NCBI GenBank assembly: GCA_016186795.1
Contig: JACPKY010000002.1
Span: forward strand, 26,593-90,592
Direction of reading: 5' to 3'
Origin: Candidatus Gottesmanbacteria bacterium
GTDB lineage: Bacteria; Patescibacteriota; Microgenomatia; 2-02-FULL-39-11
Length of the DNA: 64,000 nucleotides
In this document: piece by piece, positions 35,946-45,307 of the stretch
How the letters are laid out: every line of letters begins with the position of its first letter
How positions within the stretch are numbered: position 1 is the first letter of the stretch
Position numbers and translations under genes: made by a program
Notes under the pieces: generated by a model
Database searches by the model: none
What the model saw: the letters and a program-made list of their open reading frames with translations, nothing else
What the model was told of the DNA's origin: nothing

Positions 35946-38090
35946 ATGTACTACAAATCAATTCTTGACCTTATTGGCAATACTCCGCTTGTCCGCATCA
36001 ATAAACTCAATCCAAATCCCTCAAACGTTACAATTCTTGTCAAACTTGAGTACTTAAACCCCGGCGGAAGTATCAAAGATCGGATGGTGAAAGAGATTGT
36101 TGCGGAGGCAGAAAAGAATGGAGAGCTTAAAAAAGGGGGAACAATTGTTGAGGCCACATCCGGCAATACCGGAATCGGATTTGCCATGGTTTCCGCAGTT
36201 AAAGGATATAAAGCAATCTTTACCCAGCCCAACTGGATGAGTGCCAACAAGAGGAAGCTCATTGAAGCTTTTGGGGCAAAGGTTCATGTTTGTCCTACAG
36301 CAGTTCCAATTGATGATCCGCGAAGTTACAAAAGTACCGCCAAAAGAATTGCCAAAGAAAAAGGAGCTTATCTTTCAGATCAGTACAGTAACCCAGCAAA
36401 CCCTGTTGCTCACTACAAAACAACCGGCCGGGAAATTTGGGAAGCACTAAACGGGAAAATTGATTATATAGTAATTGGAATAGGGACAGGTGGCACCTCA
36501 ACGGGGGTAGTCAAGTTTCTTAAAGAAAAAAATCCCAAAATAAAATTTATTGCACCAGACCCCATAGGTTCTGTTTATAGCGGCAAGCTTGGTGCCTTCA
36601 GAGTAGAGGGAATTGGTCATATTTTTATTCCCAAAAATGTTGATTTATCCCTTGTTGATGAGTTTGTTCGTCTGGAAAGTAAGAAAGCTATTGAAATGGC
36701 AAAGCGGATAACTTGTAAGGAGGGGATTTTGGCAGGACCATCATCGGGGGCAGCTATGTATGCGGCAGTTGAAGTTGCCAAAAAAATAAAAGAAAAGGGG
36801 AAAGTAATCGTTGCTATTTTTCCTGATTCAGGGGAACGGTACCTGGATTATCTTTACGACGAAGATTTTGAAGTACCAGTTGTATCCAAACATCGAACGA
36901 AGGAGAATTTCTCAACTTCCGCAATCCATGGGCCAGTTTCTGATTTTCAAGACAGGAATGCTCTGGTTCCTCCGCTGTATCGATCCGCAATTTACAAATT
37001 CAAAAATGTTGAAGAAGCGGGGAAAATTTTTGAAGGCAGTAATCGTGCGGAAGAAAACAGATCCAAATACGTCTATACTCGCGGCAATCATCCAAATCAG
37101 CGTCTTTTGGAAAGGACCCTTACGAGACTTGAAGGTGGGGTGGATAGTGTTGCCTTTTCCTCAGGGATGGCGGCAATTACTTCTTTTGCCGAGACAATTC
37201 TTCATCAAGGTGATGAAGTGGTTGCCTCCAATGTTTTATATGGAGATACGCATAAATTTTTCAATAGTTTTGTCAAAAGGTGGGGGATAAAAACGACGTT
37301 TGTTGATATCACCAATCTTTCTCAGGTACAAAAAGCAATAAGTAAAAAAACCAAACTTATCTATACAGAAACCCCCACCAATCCGCTTTTAACAATTGCC
37401 GATATTGAAAAACTTTCTCAAATTGCCAAACAAGCAAATGCTATTTTGGTTATCGATAATACATTTGCATCCCCTTATTTACAACAACCGTTAAAATTGG
37501 GAGCCGATGTCGTTATCGAATCGACGACAAAATATATATCAGGACACTCCGATGCCTTGGGAGGTATTGTTATTGCCAAAAACCAAGATCTTATTATGGA
37601 ACTTTGGGGAACTCTTTTTGTCAAAGGCGCTCAGATGGATCCCGAAGTTGCAGCTCTATCGCTTCGGGGACTAAAAACGCTTGGTCTTAGGATGGAAAGA
37701 CATTGCCAAAACGCGCAAATTGTTGCAAAATTTTTATCCAAACACCCGAAGGTGAAAGTTGTGTACTATCCAGGACTTATTACACATCCCCAGCATGATC
37801 TTGCAAGAGTTCAGATGAACGGATTTGGAGGGATTGTTTCCTTTGAGCTAAAAGGTGGGATTGAGGAAGGTAAAAAATTTGTGAACAACCTGAAACTTTT
37901 CTCTCTTTCAGTAAGTTTGGGAGCTATAGAAAGTTTAGTAAACCATCCTGCGTCTATGACACAAAAAGTTATTCCGCAAAAGGAACGGCTCAAGGCAGGA
38001 ATTACCGATGGACTTATCAGGCTCTCAGTTGGAATTGAAGACGTTGATGATCTTTTGGCAGATTTGAGAGAGTCTTTTAATACGTTATAA
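35946..38090 (+). CDS. fusion protein: N-terminal cysteine synthase/cystathionine beta-synthase (PLP fold II) plus C-terminal cystathionine gamma-synthase/lyase (Cys/Met-metabolism PLP fold I)
   Basis: N-terminal LNPGGSIKDRM and TSGNTGIG are CysK/CBS motifs. C-terminal YTRGNHPN and TTKYISGHSDALGG are the Cys_Met_Meta_PP PLP-lysine region. Single 714-codon ORF. Confidence 0.8.
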   Translation: MYYKSILDLIGNTPLVRINKLNPNPSNVTILVKLEYLNPGGSIKDRMVKEIVAEAEKNGELKKGGTIVEATSGNTGIGFAMVSAVKGYKAIFTQPNWMSANKRKLIEAFGAKVHVCPTAVPIDDPRSYKSTAKRIAKEKGAYLSDQYSNPANPVAHYKTTGREIWEALNGKIDYIVIGIGTGGTSTGVVKFLKEKNPKIKFIAPDPIGSVYSGKLGAFRVEGIGHIFIPKNVDLSLVDEFVRLESKKAIEMAKRITCKEGILAGPSSGAAMYAAVEVAKKIKEKGKVIVAIFPDSGERYLDYLYDEDFEVPVVSKHRTKENFSTSAIHGPVSDFQDRNALVPPLYRSAIYKFKNVEEAGKIFEGSNRAEENRSKYVYTRGNHPNQRLLERTLTRLEGGVDSVAFSSGMAAITSFAETILHQGDEVVASNVLYGDTHKFFNSFVKRWGIKTTFVDITNLSQVQKAISKKTKLIYTETPTNPLLTIADIEKLSQIAKQANAILVIDNTFASPYLQQPLKLGADVVIESTTKYISGHSDALGGIVIAKNQDLIMELWGTLFVKGAQMDPEVAALSLRGLKTLGLRMERHCQNAQIVAKFLSKHPKVKVVYYPGLITHPQHDLARVQMNGFGGIVSFELKGGIEEGKKFVNNLKLFSLSVSLGAIESLVNHPASMTQKVIPQKERLKAGITDGLIRLSVGIEDVDDLLADLRESFNTL

Positions 38091-38110
38091 CTATTTGAAA
38101 GAAGAAGGAA

Positions 38111-39367
38111 ATGAAACAATATAAAGTAAAAGATATTAAATTGGCAGATAGCGGGAAGAAGAAAATTGATTGGGCTCGTGATCATATGCCGGTTGTTTCA
38201 GAAATTACTAAAGAGTTTTCAAAAAGAAAACCCTTTAAGGGGTTAACAATAGGAGCTAGTCTTCATGTAACGAAAGATACGGCTGTTTTGATGTACGCTT
38301 TAAGGACGGGAGGAGCCAAAGTTATCTTGTGTGGATGTAATCCGCTCTCAACTCAAGACGATGTTGCGGCAGCTTTAGCCAAAGACGACTTTCCGATTTT
38401 TGCCTGGAGGGGGCAAACAAGATTTGAGTACTATACGTCTATTGATTTTGTCTTGGATCACAAACCACAGATCACAATTGATGATGGTTGTGACTTGGTG
38501 GGTGTTGTCCATTCGAGAAGGAAAAATCTGATCCCCAATATATTGGGAGGATGTGAAGAAACTGCAATGGGAGTAAATAGGTTAAGAGTGATGGAGAAGG
38601 AAGGAGTTTTGAAATACCCTATGATTGCAGTTAACGATGCATACACCAAGCATCTTTTTGACAATCGATATGGTACTGGACAGTCAAGCCTTGACGGAAT
38701 CTTACGAGCAACCAATATCCTTTTTTCCGGAAAAACTATGGTTGTCGTCGGATACGGATGGTGTGGAAGAGGAGTAACAACGAGAGCCAAAGGATTGGGA
38801 TCCCAAGTGATTGTTTGTGAAATTGATCCGATTCGGGCTCTTGAGGCAGTGATGGATGGTTTTGGAGTGATGCCGATATCTGCGGCGGTCCGCATTGGTG
38901 ATATTTTTGTCACAGTTACCAGCAATAAAAATGTCATTACGTATGCTCATATGCTGACAATGAAAGACGGGGCGGTACTTGCAAATGCCGGTCATACCAA
39001 TGTAGAAATTGATGTGGAAACTCTTGATAAAAGAGTGAAAAAAAGAGTTGAAATTCGTCCTAATACTGTCGAATACTTTCTGCCGAACGGAAAAACGATA
39101 TACGTCTTGGGAGAAGGAAGAATTATTAATCTTGTTGCAGCTGAAGGGCATCCGTCAGAAGTTATGGATATGAGTTTTGCAACACAAGCATTATCTGCAG
39201 AATATATAGCGGTTCACCATAAAAAGCTTTTACCCAAAGTTTACAATACCACTATTGAGCAGGATCGGCGAATTGCGACGTTGAAACTTAAAACAATGGG
39301 AATTTCAATTGATACAATGACCGCTGCACAAAAGAAATACATGGGAAGCTGGACCGAAGGTACTTGA
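38111..39367 (+). CDS. ahcY: adenosylhomocysteinase
   Basis: GCNPLSTQDDVAAAL. NAD-binding VVGYGWCGRG. SAHH signatures. Confidence 0.9.
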   Translation: MKQYKVKDIKLADSGKKKIDWARDHMPVVSEITKEFSKRKPFKGLTIGASLHVTKDTAVLMYALRTGGAKVILCGCNPLSTQDDVAAALAKDDFPIFAWRGQTRFEYYTSIDFVLDHKPQITIDDGCDLVGVVHSRRKNLIPNILGGCEETAMGVNRLRVMEKEGVLKYPMIAVNDAYTKHLFDNRYGTGQSSLDGILRATNILFSGKTMVVVGYGWCGRGVTTRAKGLGSQVIVCEIDPIRALEAVMDGFGVMPISAAVRIGDIFVTVTSNKNVITYAHMLTMKDGAVLANAGHTNVEIDVETLDKRVKKRVEIRPNTVEYFLPNGKTIYVLGEGRIINLVAAEGHPSEVMDMSFATQALSAEYIAVHHKKLLPKVYNTTIEQDRRIATLKLKTMGISIDTMTAAQKKYMGSWTEGT

Positions 39368-39398
39368 AACTAAAGGGAAAAGGTCCCATAATTACACT

Positions 39399-40307
39399 AT
39401 GGCAAGTGTTATCTTTTCTGGAAATTCCAACCTAACACTTTCACAAAACATTGTCAAAGAACTCTCCCTCTCCTTAGGAAAAGTTGAAATTGTTCGATTT
39501 GCAGATTCAGAAATTCGGGTTCGTGTTGAGGAGGACGTTGAGGGAAAAGATGTTTTCCTTCTGCAATCACTCTCAAATCCAGTTGATGAACACCTCATGG
39601 AACTACTTTTGATGGCAGATGCTGTCAAACGAGGAGAACCAAGGAAAATTATCGCGGTTCTCCCATACCATGGATATGCGAGACAAGATAGAGTCCATCG
39701 TCCTGGTGAGTGTCTCTCAAGCCAAGTAGTTGCGAAACTCATCGAAACCGTCGACGTTGATAAATTGATTACCGTTGAGCTTCATAACGAATCACTGATT
39801 GGTTTTTTTAAAATTCCCGTCGTTCATATTTCGGGATTAACTGTCTTTCAAAAAGAAGTTGAAAAGATTGACAATGAAGTCGTCATCATCACACCCGATG
39901 CCGGAGCTCTCAAGCGTGCCCAGAAATTTGCCGAGGATTTAGAATTGCCCTTGGCACTTATTGAAAAAAAACGGGATTTGAATCAACCGCATAAAATTGT
40001 TTCAATGCGGGTTGTGGGGGATATCGTAGGGAAAACGGCAATTATTGCCGAGGATGTGATCGTAACAGGTGGAACACTTGTGAATGCTTCCTACGTATTG
40101 AAACAGAAAGGAGCAAAACAGGTTATTGCTGCGGCAACTCACGCTGATTTTGTTGGCGGAACTGATAAAATATTGCAGGAGTCTCCCATTGATCGTGTCT
40201 GGGTGACAGATACAATTACCATTCCTGATGATAAAAAATTTCCTAAGCTGCAGATTTTTCCTATTGCCTCAACCCTCGCTTCTTATATGCGGAAGATGGT
40301 AAAATGA
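39399..40307 (+). CDS. prs: ribose-phosphate pyrophosphokinase
   Basis: Canonical Prs N-terminus (SGNSNLTLSQNIVKEL...RFADSEIRVRVEE). PRPP-binding loop. Confidence 0.9.
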   Translation: MASVIFSGNSNLTLSQNIVKELSLSLGKVEIVRFADSEIRVRVEEDVEGKDVFLLQSLSNPVDEHLMELLLMADAVKRGEPRKIIAVLPYHGYARQDRVHRPGECLSSQVVAKLIETVDVDKLITVELHNESLIGFFKIPVVHISGLTVFQKEVEKIDNEVVIITPDAGALKRAQKFAEDLELPLALIEKKRDLNQPHKIVSMRVVGDIVGKTAIIAEDVIVTGGTLVNASYVLKQKGAKQVIAAATHADFVGGTDKILQESPIDRVWVTDTITIPDDKKFPKLQIFPIASTLASYMRKMVK

Positions 40308-40311
40308 GGGA

Positions 40312-40941
40312 ATGAAAATTATTCCCAAATCACTATCGAAACTCATTGAATCATTTGAGAAGCTTCCTGGAATTGGTCCGAAGACTGCAGGACGTCTTGC
40401 CTTTTATCTACTCCATGTTCCCCAAAATGAGCTCAATATGTTTAGCGACAATATCAAGAATTTAAAAATTGCGACAAAGTTTTGTTCTCTTTGCGGCAAT
40501 ATTGGTGAAACCGATCCATGCTCGGTGTGTGAAGACGTATCCCGTGACCATTCTTTTGTTTGCGTTGTAGAACAACCGTTGGATGTTGTTTCCATAGAAA
40601 AAACTGGTGCCTATAAAGGAGTCTATCACGTTTTATACGGAGCGATTAATCCATTACAAAATATCGGTCCCGATGAGATACGGATTGCTGAACTTATGAA
40701 ACGTATTTTCGGTGGGACTATTCATGAAATACTTCTGGCGACAAACCCTACCATGGAGGGAGAGGCAACAGCAATGTATATCAAAAGAGAAATTCAAAAT
40801 GCAATCCGCCAGCTGGCGGACAAAAGTCAAAATTCAATAAGAATAACCAGACTTGCACATGGGCTTCCTGTTGGAGGTGATATTGAGTATGCTGATGAAG
40901 TGACACTGTCTCGGGCGTTTGAAGGGAGGAGGGAATACTGA
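40312..40941 (+). CDS. recR: recombination protein RecR
   Basis: HhH N-terminus. C4 zinc finger CSLCGNIGETDPCSVC. Toprim domain. Confidence 0.9.
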   Translation: MKIIPKSLSKLIESFEKLPGIGPKTAGRLAFYLLHVPQNELNMFSDNIKNLKIATKFCSLCGNIGETDPCSVCEDVSRDHSFVCVVEQPLDVVSIEKTGAYKGVYHVLYGAINPLQNIGPDEIRIAELMKRIFGGTIHEILLATNPTMEGEATAMYIKREIQNAIRQLADKSQNSIRITRLAHGLPVGGDIEYADEVTLSRAFEGRREY

Positions 40942-41243
40942 TGCTTTCAAAAAAACTGTTACTTGGCCAACTGCAAAATGTTCCCGATCCAGAACTTGGA
41001 ATATCTATTGTTGAGTTGGGTCTCATTTATGATGTAAAGGCCGATACGAAAGGGAATGTCGAGGTCTTGATGACTCTGACCACCATGGGATGTCCACTTT
41101 TTGAGCTGATTGCAGATCCAATTAAGGCAACGCTGCAAAAACTTGAAGGAGTGAAAAAAGTGGATGTGGAGTTGACGTTTGATCCTCCATGGAGTCCTGA
41201 TAAAATGAGCAAAGAAGCAAAAGTGAAATTAGGGTTCTTTTGA
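40941..41243 (+). CDS. DUF59/MIP18-family Fe-S cluster assembly protein (SufT-like)
   Basis: 100 aa. NVPDPELGISIVELGLIY...TMGCP conserved Cys. Confidence 0.7.
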   Translation: MLSKKLLLGQLQNVPDPELGISIVELGLIYDVKADTKGNVEVLMTLTTMGCPLFELIADPIKATLQKLEGVKKVDVELTFDPPWSPDKMSKEAKVKLGFF

Positions 41244-41289
41244 AAAGCTAGTTTTCTATTTTTCGCAAAATAGGGTTCGTGGAAAGAGT

Positions 41290-41370
41290 CTGTATGCTGT
41301 ATTTCTCGGGAAATCCTTCGGAAATTACAGTTTCCGCTTTCCTTTTCGAAATACAGCAACATACTCTAAT
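41290..41370. terminator. long hairpin (gtatgctgtatttc ... gaaatacagcaacatac) after recR-DUF59
   Basis: About 14-bp inverted repeat. Flanked by caaaatag direct repeats. Confidence 0.4.
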
Positions 41371-41425
41371 CCACCTGCACAAATTTTGCTCAAAATAGAA
41401 AACTGCTTCTTATTTAAAACATAAG

Positions 41426-41923
41426 ATGGGGAAAATAATTAAATCTATTATTACCAATACGTTTGAGGCAGTCAAAGATTCTGCAAAACAGGTGGCTGAT
41501 ACCGTATCACCCGGATCGCTTCTTGAGCAAGCATTAGGAAAACAAAAGTCTCAAAGTAGTGAATTTACTGAATACCTCAAAAACGTTGGCGGAGAACTTT
41601 CACCAGAAGAACTTGAGAAAAAAAAGAAGGAGTTTTCCCAAAGCGATCAGGAAAAACTGGAAGAGACACGGAAAAAGCTTTTGCCCTCAGTTCCTGCACA
41701 TATGAAACCACCTCCAACGGCGAAAGGACCTCGGCCGTACGAGGCGACAATTCAGGAAGAGGAACGAAAGAAAGCACAAGCGGTTGAAATGCAAAAAAAA
41801 CAAGCTTCCCAACAAATCACTCCTCCATCGGGGAAGAAGGCACGAGGGTCACTTTTTTCCAAAAAGAAAAAAGCTACCCCTACCGGTTTCGAAGTTATGA
41901 AAGGGGATAAAAAGGCAGGATGA
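41426..41923 (+). CDS. Lys/Glu-rich hypothetical protein (165 aa)
   Basis: ORF with low-complexity charged composition. Confidence 0.4.
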   Translation: MGKIIKSIITNTFEAVKDSAKQVADTVSPGSLLEQALGKQKSQSSEFTEYLKNVGGELSPEELEKKKKEFSQSDQEKLEETRKKLLPSVPAHMKPPPTAKGPRPYEATIQEEERKKAQAVEMQKKQASQQITPPSGKKARGSLFSKKKKATPTGFEVMKGDKKAG

Positions 41924-41933
41924 GATTTAATAT

Positions 41934-43361
41934 TTGATATTGAATATGTTGCGTCTATATAATACTCTCACGCGAAAAATCGAGAATTTTGTTCCGTTAA
42001 ATCCACCGCTTGTCACCTACTATTCCTGTGGTCCGACGGTGTATGATTTTGCCCATATCGGGCATGCACGGACGTATGTCTTTTCTGATATTTTGCAACG
42101 AGTGTTGGAGTGGAGTGGATACAAAGTAAAACGGGTGATGAATATTACTGATGTTGGTCATTTAACATCCGATAGCGATACCGGGGAGGACAAGATGGAA
42201 AAGGGAGCGAAAAGGGAAGGAAAAACCGTTTGGGATATCGCAAAATTCTACACCGATGATTTTTTCGTGATGCTGCAAAAATTGAATATCAAAACGCCCC
42301 AAACGATTTGCAAGGCGACCGACTACATCAAAGAAATGATTGATTTGGTGAAAGTTTTGGAAAAAAAAGGTTTTACCTACACCATAGAAGATGGAGTATA
42401 TTTCGATACCGGAAAAATATCCGACTACGGAAAACTTACGGGAAAGTCAAAAGAAGAGTTGGAAAAAGGACAAAAAGCAGGTTTCAGGGTGGAAATCGTT
42501 CCCGGAAAACGAAATCCTATGGATTTTGCCCTATGGAAATTAACTCCCAAAGGAGTAAAGCGGCAAATGGAATGGGATAGTCCCTGGGGGAAAGGATTTC
42601 CTGGTTGGCATATTGAATGCTCAGCCATGAGTATGAAAGTATTAGGGCCTACTATTGATATTCATACAGGTGGTGTTGACCATATCCCTATTCACCACAC
42701 CAATGAAATTGCCCAAAGCGAAGCGGCAACCGACAAAAAGTTTGTCCGTTTTTTTCTTCATGGAGAGCATCTTTTCGTTGATGGGGAAAAGATGAGCAAA
42801 TCGAGAGGTAATTTTTACCGAGTTGCCGATATCGAAAAGAAAGAATACTCACCTTTGGCTCTTCGGTATCTTTTTTTGACTGTACACTATCGTACGCAGA
42901 TGAACTTTACCTGGAAGTCACTTAACGCCTCCCAAACTGCTCTTACTAACCTTTACGATCATATACGAAAGCATATCCAAAATGGTGCAAAAGAAGGGAA
43001 ATTATCAAAAGAAGCGCAAAAAGTAAAAAAAGAATTTGAAGAAGCGATTTCCTCTGATCTTTCTTTACCTCTTGCCTTGGCAGTCGTTTGGGATACGGTG
43101 AAAGGAAGACTTTCCTCTTCTGATATTTACACGTTGCTTCTCCAATTTGATACTGTGCTGGGTTTGGGTTTTTCCGATATTCACGTTTCTATTGCACCAG
43201 ATATACAAGCGCTTATTTTAAAGCGAGATGAAGCTCGGCGCAATAAAAATTTTCAGGAGGCGGATAAACTTCGAAGTATGCTTGAAAAAAAAAGGTTTGC
43301 AGTCAATGATACGTCGGTTGGAACTATCGTTATCCCCAGAAATAATAACGCTAAAAGATAA
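41934..43361 (+). CDS. cysS: cysteinyl-tRNA synthetase
   Basis: HIGH motif HIGHARTYV. KMSKS motif. Confidence 0.9.
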   Translation: MILNMLRLYNTLTRKIENFVPLNPPLVTYYSCGPTVYDFAHIGHARTYVFSDILQRVLEWSGYKVKRVMNITDVGHLTSDSDTGEDKMEKGAKREGKTVWDIAKFYTDDFFVMLQKLNIKTPQTICKATDYIKEMIDLVKVLEKKGFTYTIEDGVYFDTGKISDYGKLTGKSKEELEKGQKAGFRVEIVPGKRNPMDFALWKLTPKGVKRQMEWDSPWGKGFPGWHIECSAMSMKVLGPTIDIHTGGVDHIPIHHTNEIAQSEAATDKKFVRFFLHGEHLFVDGEKMSKSRGNFYRVADIEKKEYSPLALRYLFLTVHYRTQMNFTWKSLNASQTALTNLYDHIRKHIQNGAKEGKLSKEAQKVKKEFEEAISSDLSLPLALAVVWDTVKGRLSSSDIYTLLLQFDTVLGLGFSDIHVSIAPDIQALILKRDEARRNKNFQEADKLRSMLEKKRFAVNDTSVGTIVIPRNNNAKR

Positions 43362-43429
43362 TATCTAAGGTAATTATCATCGTTTGGTCTTTGAAATTTT
43401 GAAGGGTCTTTGATATACTTGCCCACATT

Positions 43430-43711
43430 ATGACTCATACATACGAGCTTTTGGTTATTTCCAAACCGGAAGAAAGAGAAGATACGGAAAAAAAACTCAC
43501 CGATCTTATTAAGATTCATCTCTCTGAGAAGGGACTTACCAAAAAAGAAGATTTAGGGAAGAAAGTTCTCGCATACCCGATTAACCGATTAAATGAAGGG
43601 CACTATCTTTTGTTTACATTGACTACCGAATCTGACAAAATACAATCGTTTACCCAAAAATTACGGTCATTTGAGGCGATTGTTCGACATTTACTGGTAA
43701 GGAGGAAATAG
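43430..43711 (+). CDS. rpsF: 30S ribosomal protein S6
   Basis: YELLVISKPEE. Context rpsF-ssb-rpsR. Confidence 0.9.
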   Translation: MTHTYELLVISKPEEREDTEKKLTDLIKIHLSEKGLTKKEDLGKKVLAYPINRLNEGHYLLFTLTTESDKIQSFTQKLRSFEAIVRHLLVRRK

Positions 43712-43714
43712 TCT

Positions 43715-44287
43715 ATGTCATCAAGATCTCTAAATAAAGTTATTCTCATTGGGAATCTTACTCGTGACCCGGAACTTCGATATACGCCAGCAGGAACTGC
43801 TGTTTGCACAATGGGAGTGGCAACGAATCGTTCTTGGACAACACAATCAGGTGATACCAAAGAAGAGACAGAATTTCACCGTGTGGTTGCCTGGAATAAA
43901 CTCGCAGAACTGTGTGCACAACTTCTAACCAAAGGCAGAAAAGTGTATGTTGAAGGTCGTCTTGCTACTCATTCATGGACTGCACAAGACGGTGCTCAAA
44001 GGTCCTCAACTGAGGTCGTTATTGAGGACATGATTATTCTTGATTCTCGGAAGAAAGTAGAAGGGAAGGAAGAGAGCGCAAGTATTCCAGAACGTCAGAT
44101 TCATGAGGAAAAAGTGACGGAGGCGACACCAGTACCCGCGAAGCCTTCGGATGATTCTCAATCACAAAAACAGACTACCTCCGCCAAACAGAAAACAAGT
44201 GAGAAGAAAAAAGAAGAAAAGGCCCAAGATACAAAGGAAACACCAGTTCCGACAGAGGATATCACACCTGAGGATATTCCATTTTAA
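43715..44287 (+). CDS. ssb: single-stranded DNA-binding protein
   Basis: NKVILIGNLTRDPELRYTPAGTAVC OB-fold. Acidic C-terminus ending DIPF. Confidence 0.9.
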   Translation: MSSRSLNKVILIGNLTRDPELRYTPAGTAVCTMGVATNRSWTTQSGDTKEETEFHRVVAWNKLAELCAQLLTKGRKVYVEGRLATHSWTAQDGAQRSSTEVVIEDMIILDSRKKVEGKEESASIPERQIHEEKVTEATPVPAKPSDDSQSQKQTTSAKQKTSEKKKEEKAQDTKETPVPTEDITPEDIPF

Positions 44288-44292
44288 CGTAT

Positions 44293-44538
44293 ATGGCAAA
44301 ATTTATTCGAAAACCAAGACGAATTATCAGACGACCAGGTGCATGCTATTTCTGTAAACAGAAAATGGACCCTGATTATAAAGATATCGAGACACTCAAA
44401 AGATCGCTTTCTGAGCGGGGTAAGGTTCTTGGTCGTCGTGAGAGTGGCGTTTGTCAAAAGCACCAGCATAGTTTGGCGCTTTCAGTAAAACGAGCTCGAT
44501 ACATGGCACTTTTGCCATATATTGTTCGTCCCTCATAA
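44293..44538 (+). CDS. rpsR: 30S ribosomal protein S18
   Basis: CYFCKQK...DYKDIETLKRSLSERGKV. Confidence 0.9.
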   Translation: MAKFIRKPRRIIRRPGACYFCKQKMDPDYKDIETLKRSLSERGKVLGRRESGVCQKHQHSLALSVKRARYMALLPYIVRPS

Positions 44539-44571
44539 GAAAATGAGAATGCTTCCAGTGTCTTTTACGAA

Positions 44572-45306
44572 GTGTATTTCATCGAAATGAAATCTGCCAT
44601 TCATATACCTCTCATAAAAAATGCAACTGTCCTCGTTCACGAGGGTGCGAAAGTGACACCCGAAACTGTTCTTGCAGAATTTTCACAAACGGTCGACGAA
44701 ATCATTGATGTTGCCAAAATGCTGGATATTTCACCATCGAAAGTTGGTTCCTTACTTACAAAATCTGTTGGAACTGAGATTCATTCTGGAGAAGTTTTAG
44801 CAATGAAAAAAGGTGTATTTTCAACAGCACTTTTAAAAAGTCCCATAGAGGGTACAATTACTCATCTGAACGAAAATGATGGAACAGTGACTCTCTCAAG
44901 GGTCGATATGGGAAAGAGTAACTATTCAATTCCACTGAAAGGAACAGTGAAGAAAGTTTCAAAGACTGGTATCGAGATAGAAGTTGAAGGAACGCGTTTT
45001 GAAGGAAAAGAAGGATTTGGAAAAGACGCGTATGGGCAGATACACGCGTACGAGAATAACGAAATTTTGACGAGTGTCGGTGTGGAGCTTGAAAATACCA
45101 TTCTTGCAACTAGCGAACTATCTGAAGAAGCTCAGGCAAAATGCGACGTTTTAGGAGTTTCAGCATGTATTGTTGCGAAACCGTTGGAAACGACTGCTTT
45201 TCCATGGATTTTCGTGTCCTCGGATGTATTTGCAAAAATATCCCATCTGAAGGGTTTTGCATGGGTTCGGCCGGAAGTGAAAGAGGTTATTATTCTTTCC
45301 AAATAA
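44572..45306 (+). CDS. hypothetical protein (244 aa) occupying the position where rplI (L9) normally follows rpsR
   Basis: No L9 motifs. Function unknown. Confidence 0.45.
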   Translation: MYFIEMKSAIHIPLIKNATVLVHEGAKVTPETVLAEFSQTVDEIIDVAKMLDISPSKVGSLLTKSVGTEIHSGEVLAMKKGVFSTALLKSPIEGTITHLNENDGTVTLSRVDMGKSNYSIPLKGTVKKVSKTGIEIEVEGTRFEGKEGFGKDAYGQIHAYENNEILTSVGVELENTILATSELSEEAQAKCDVLGVSACIVAKPLETTAFPWIFVSSDVFAKISHLKGFAWVRPEVKEVIILSK

Positions 45307-45307
45307 T

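Noticed and set aside
44151-44357. 68-aa ORF overlapping the ssb end and rpsR start
   Set aside because: Out-of-frame overlap with two confidently annotated genes.
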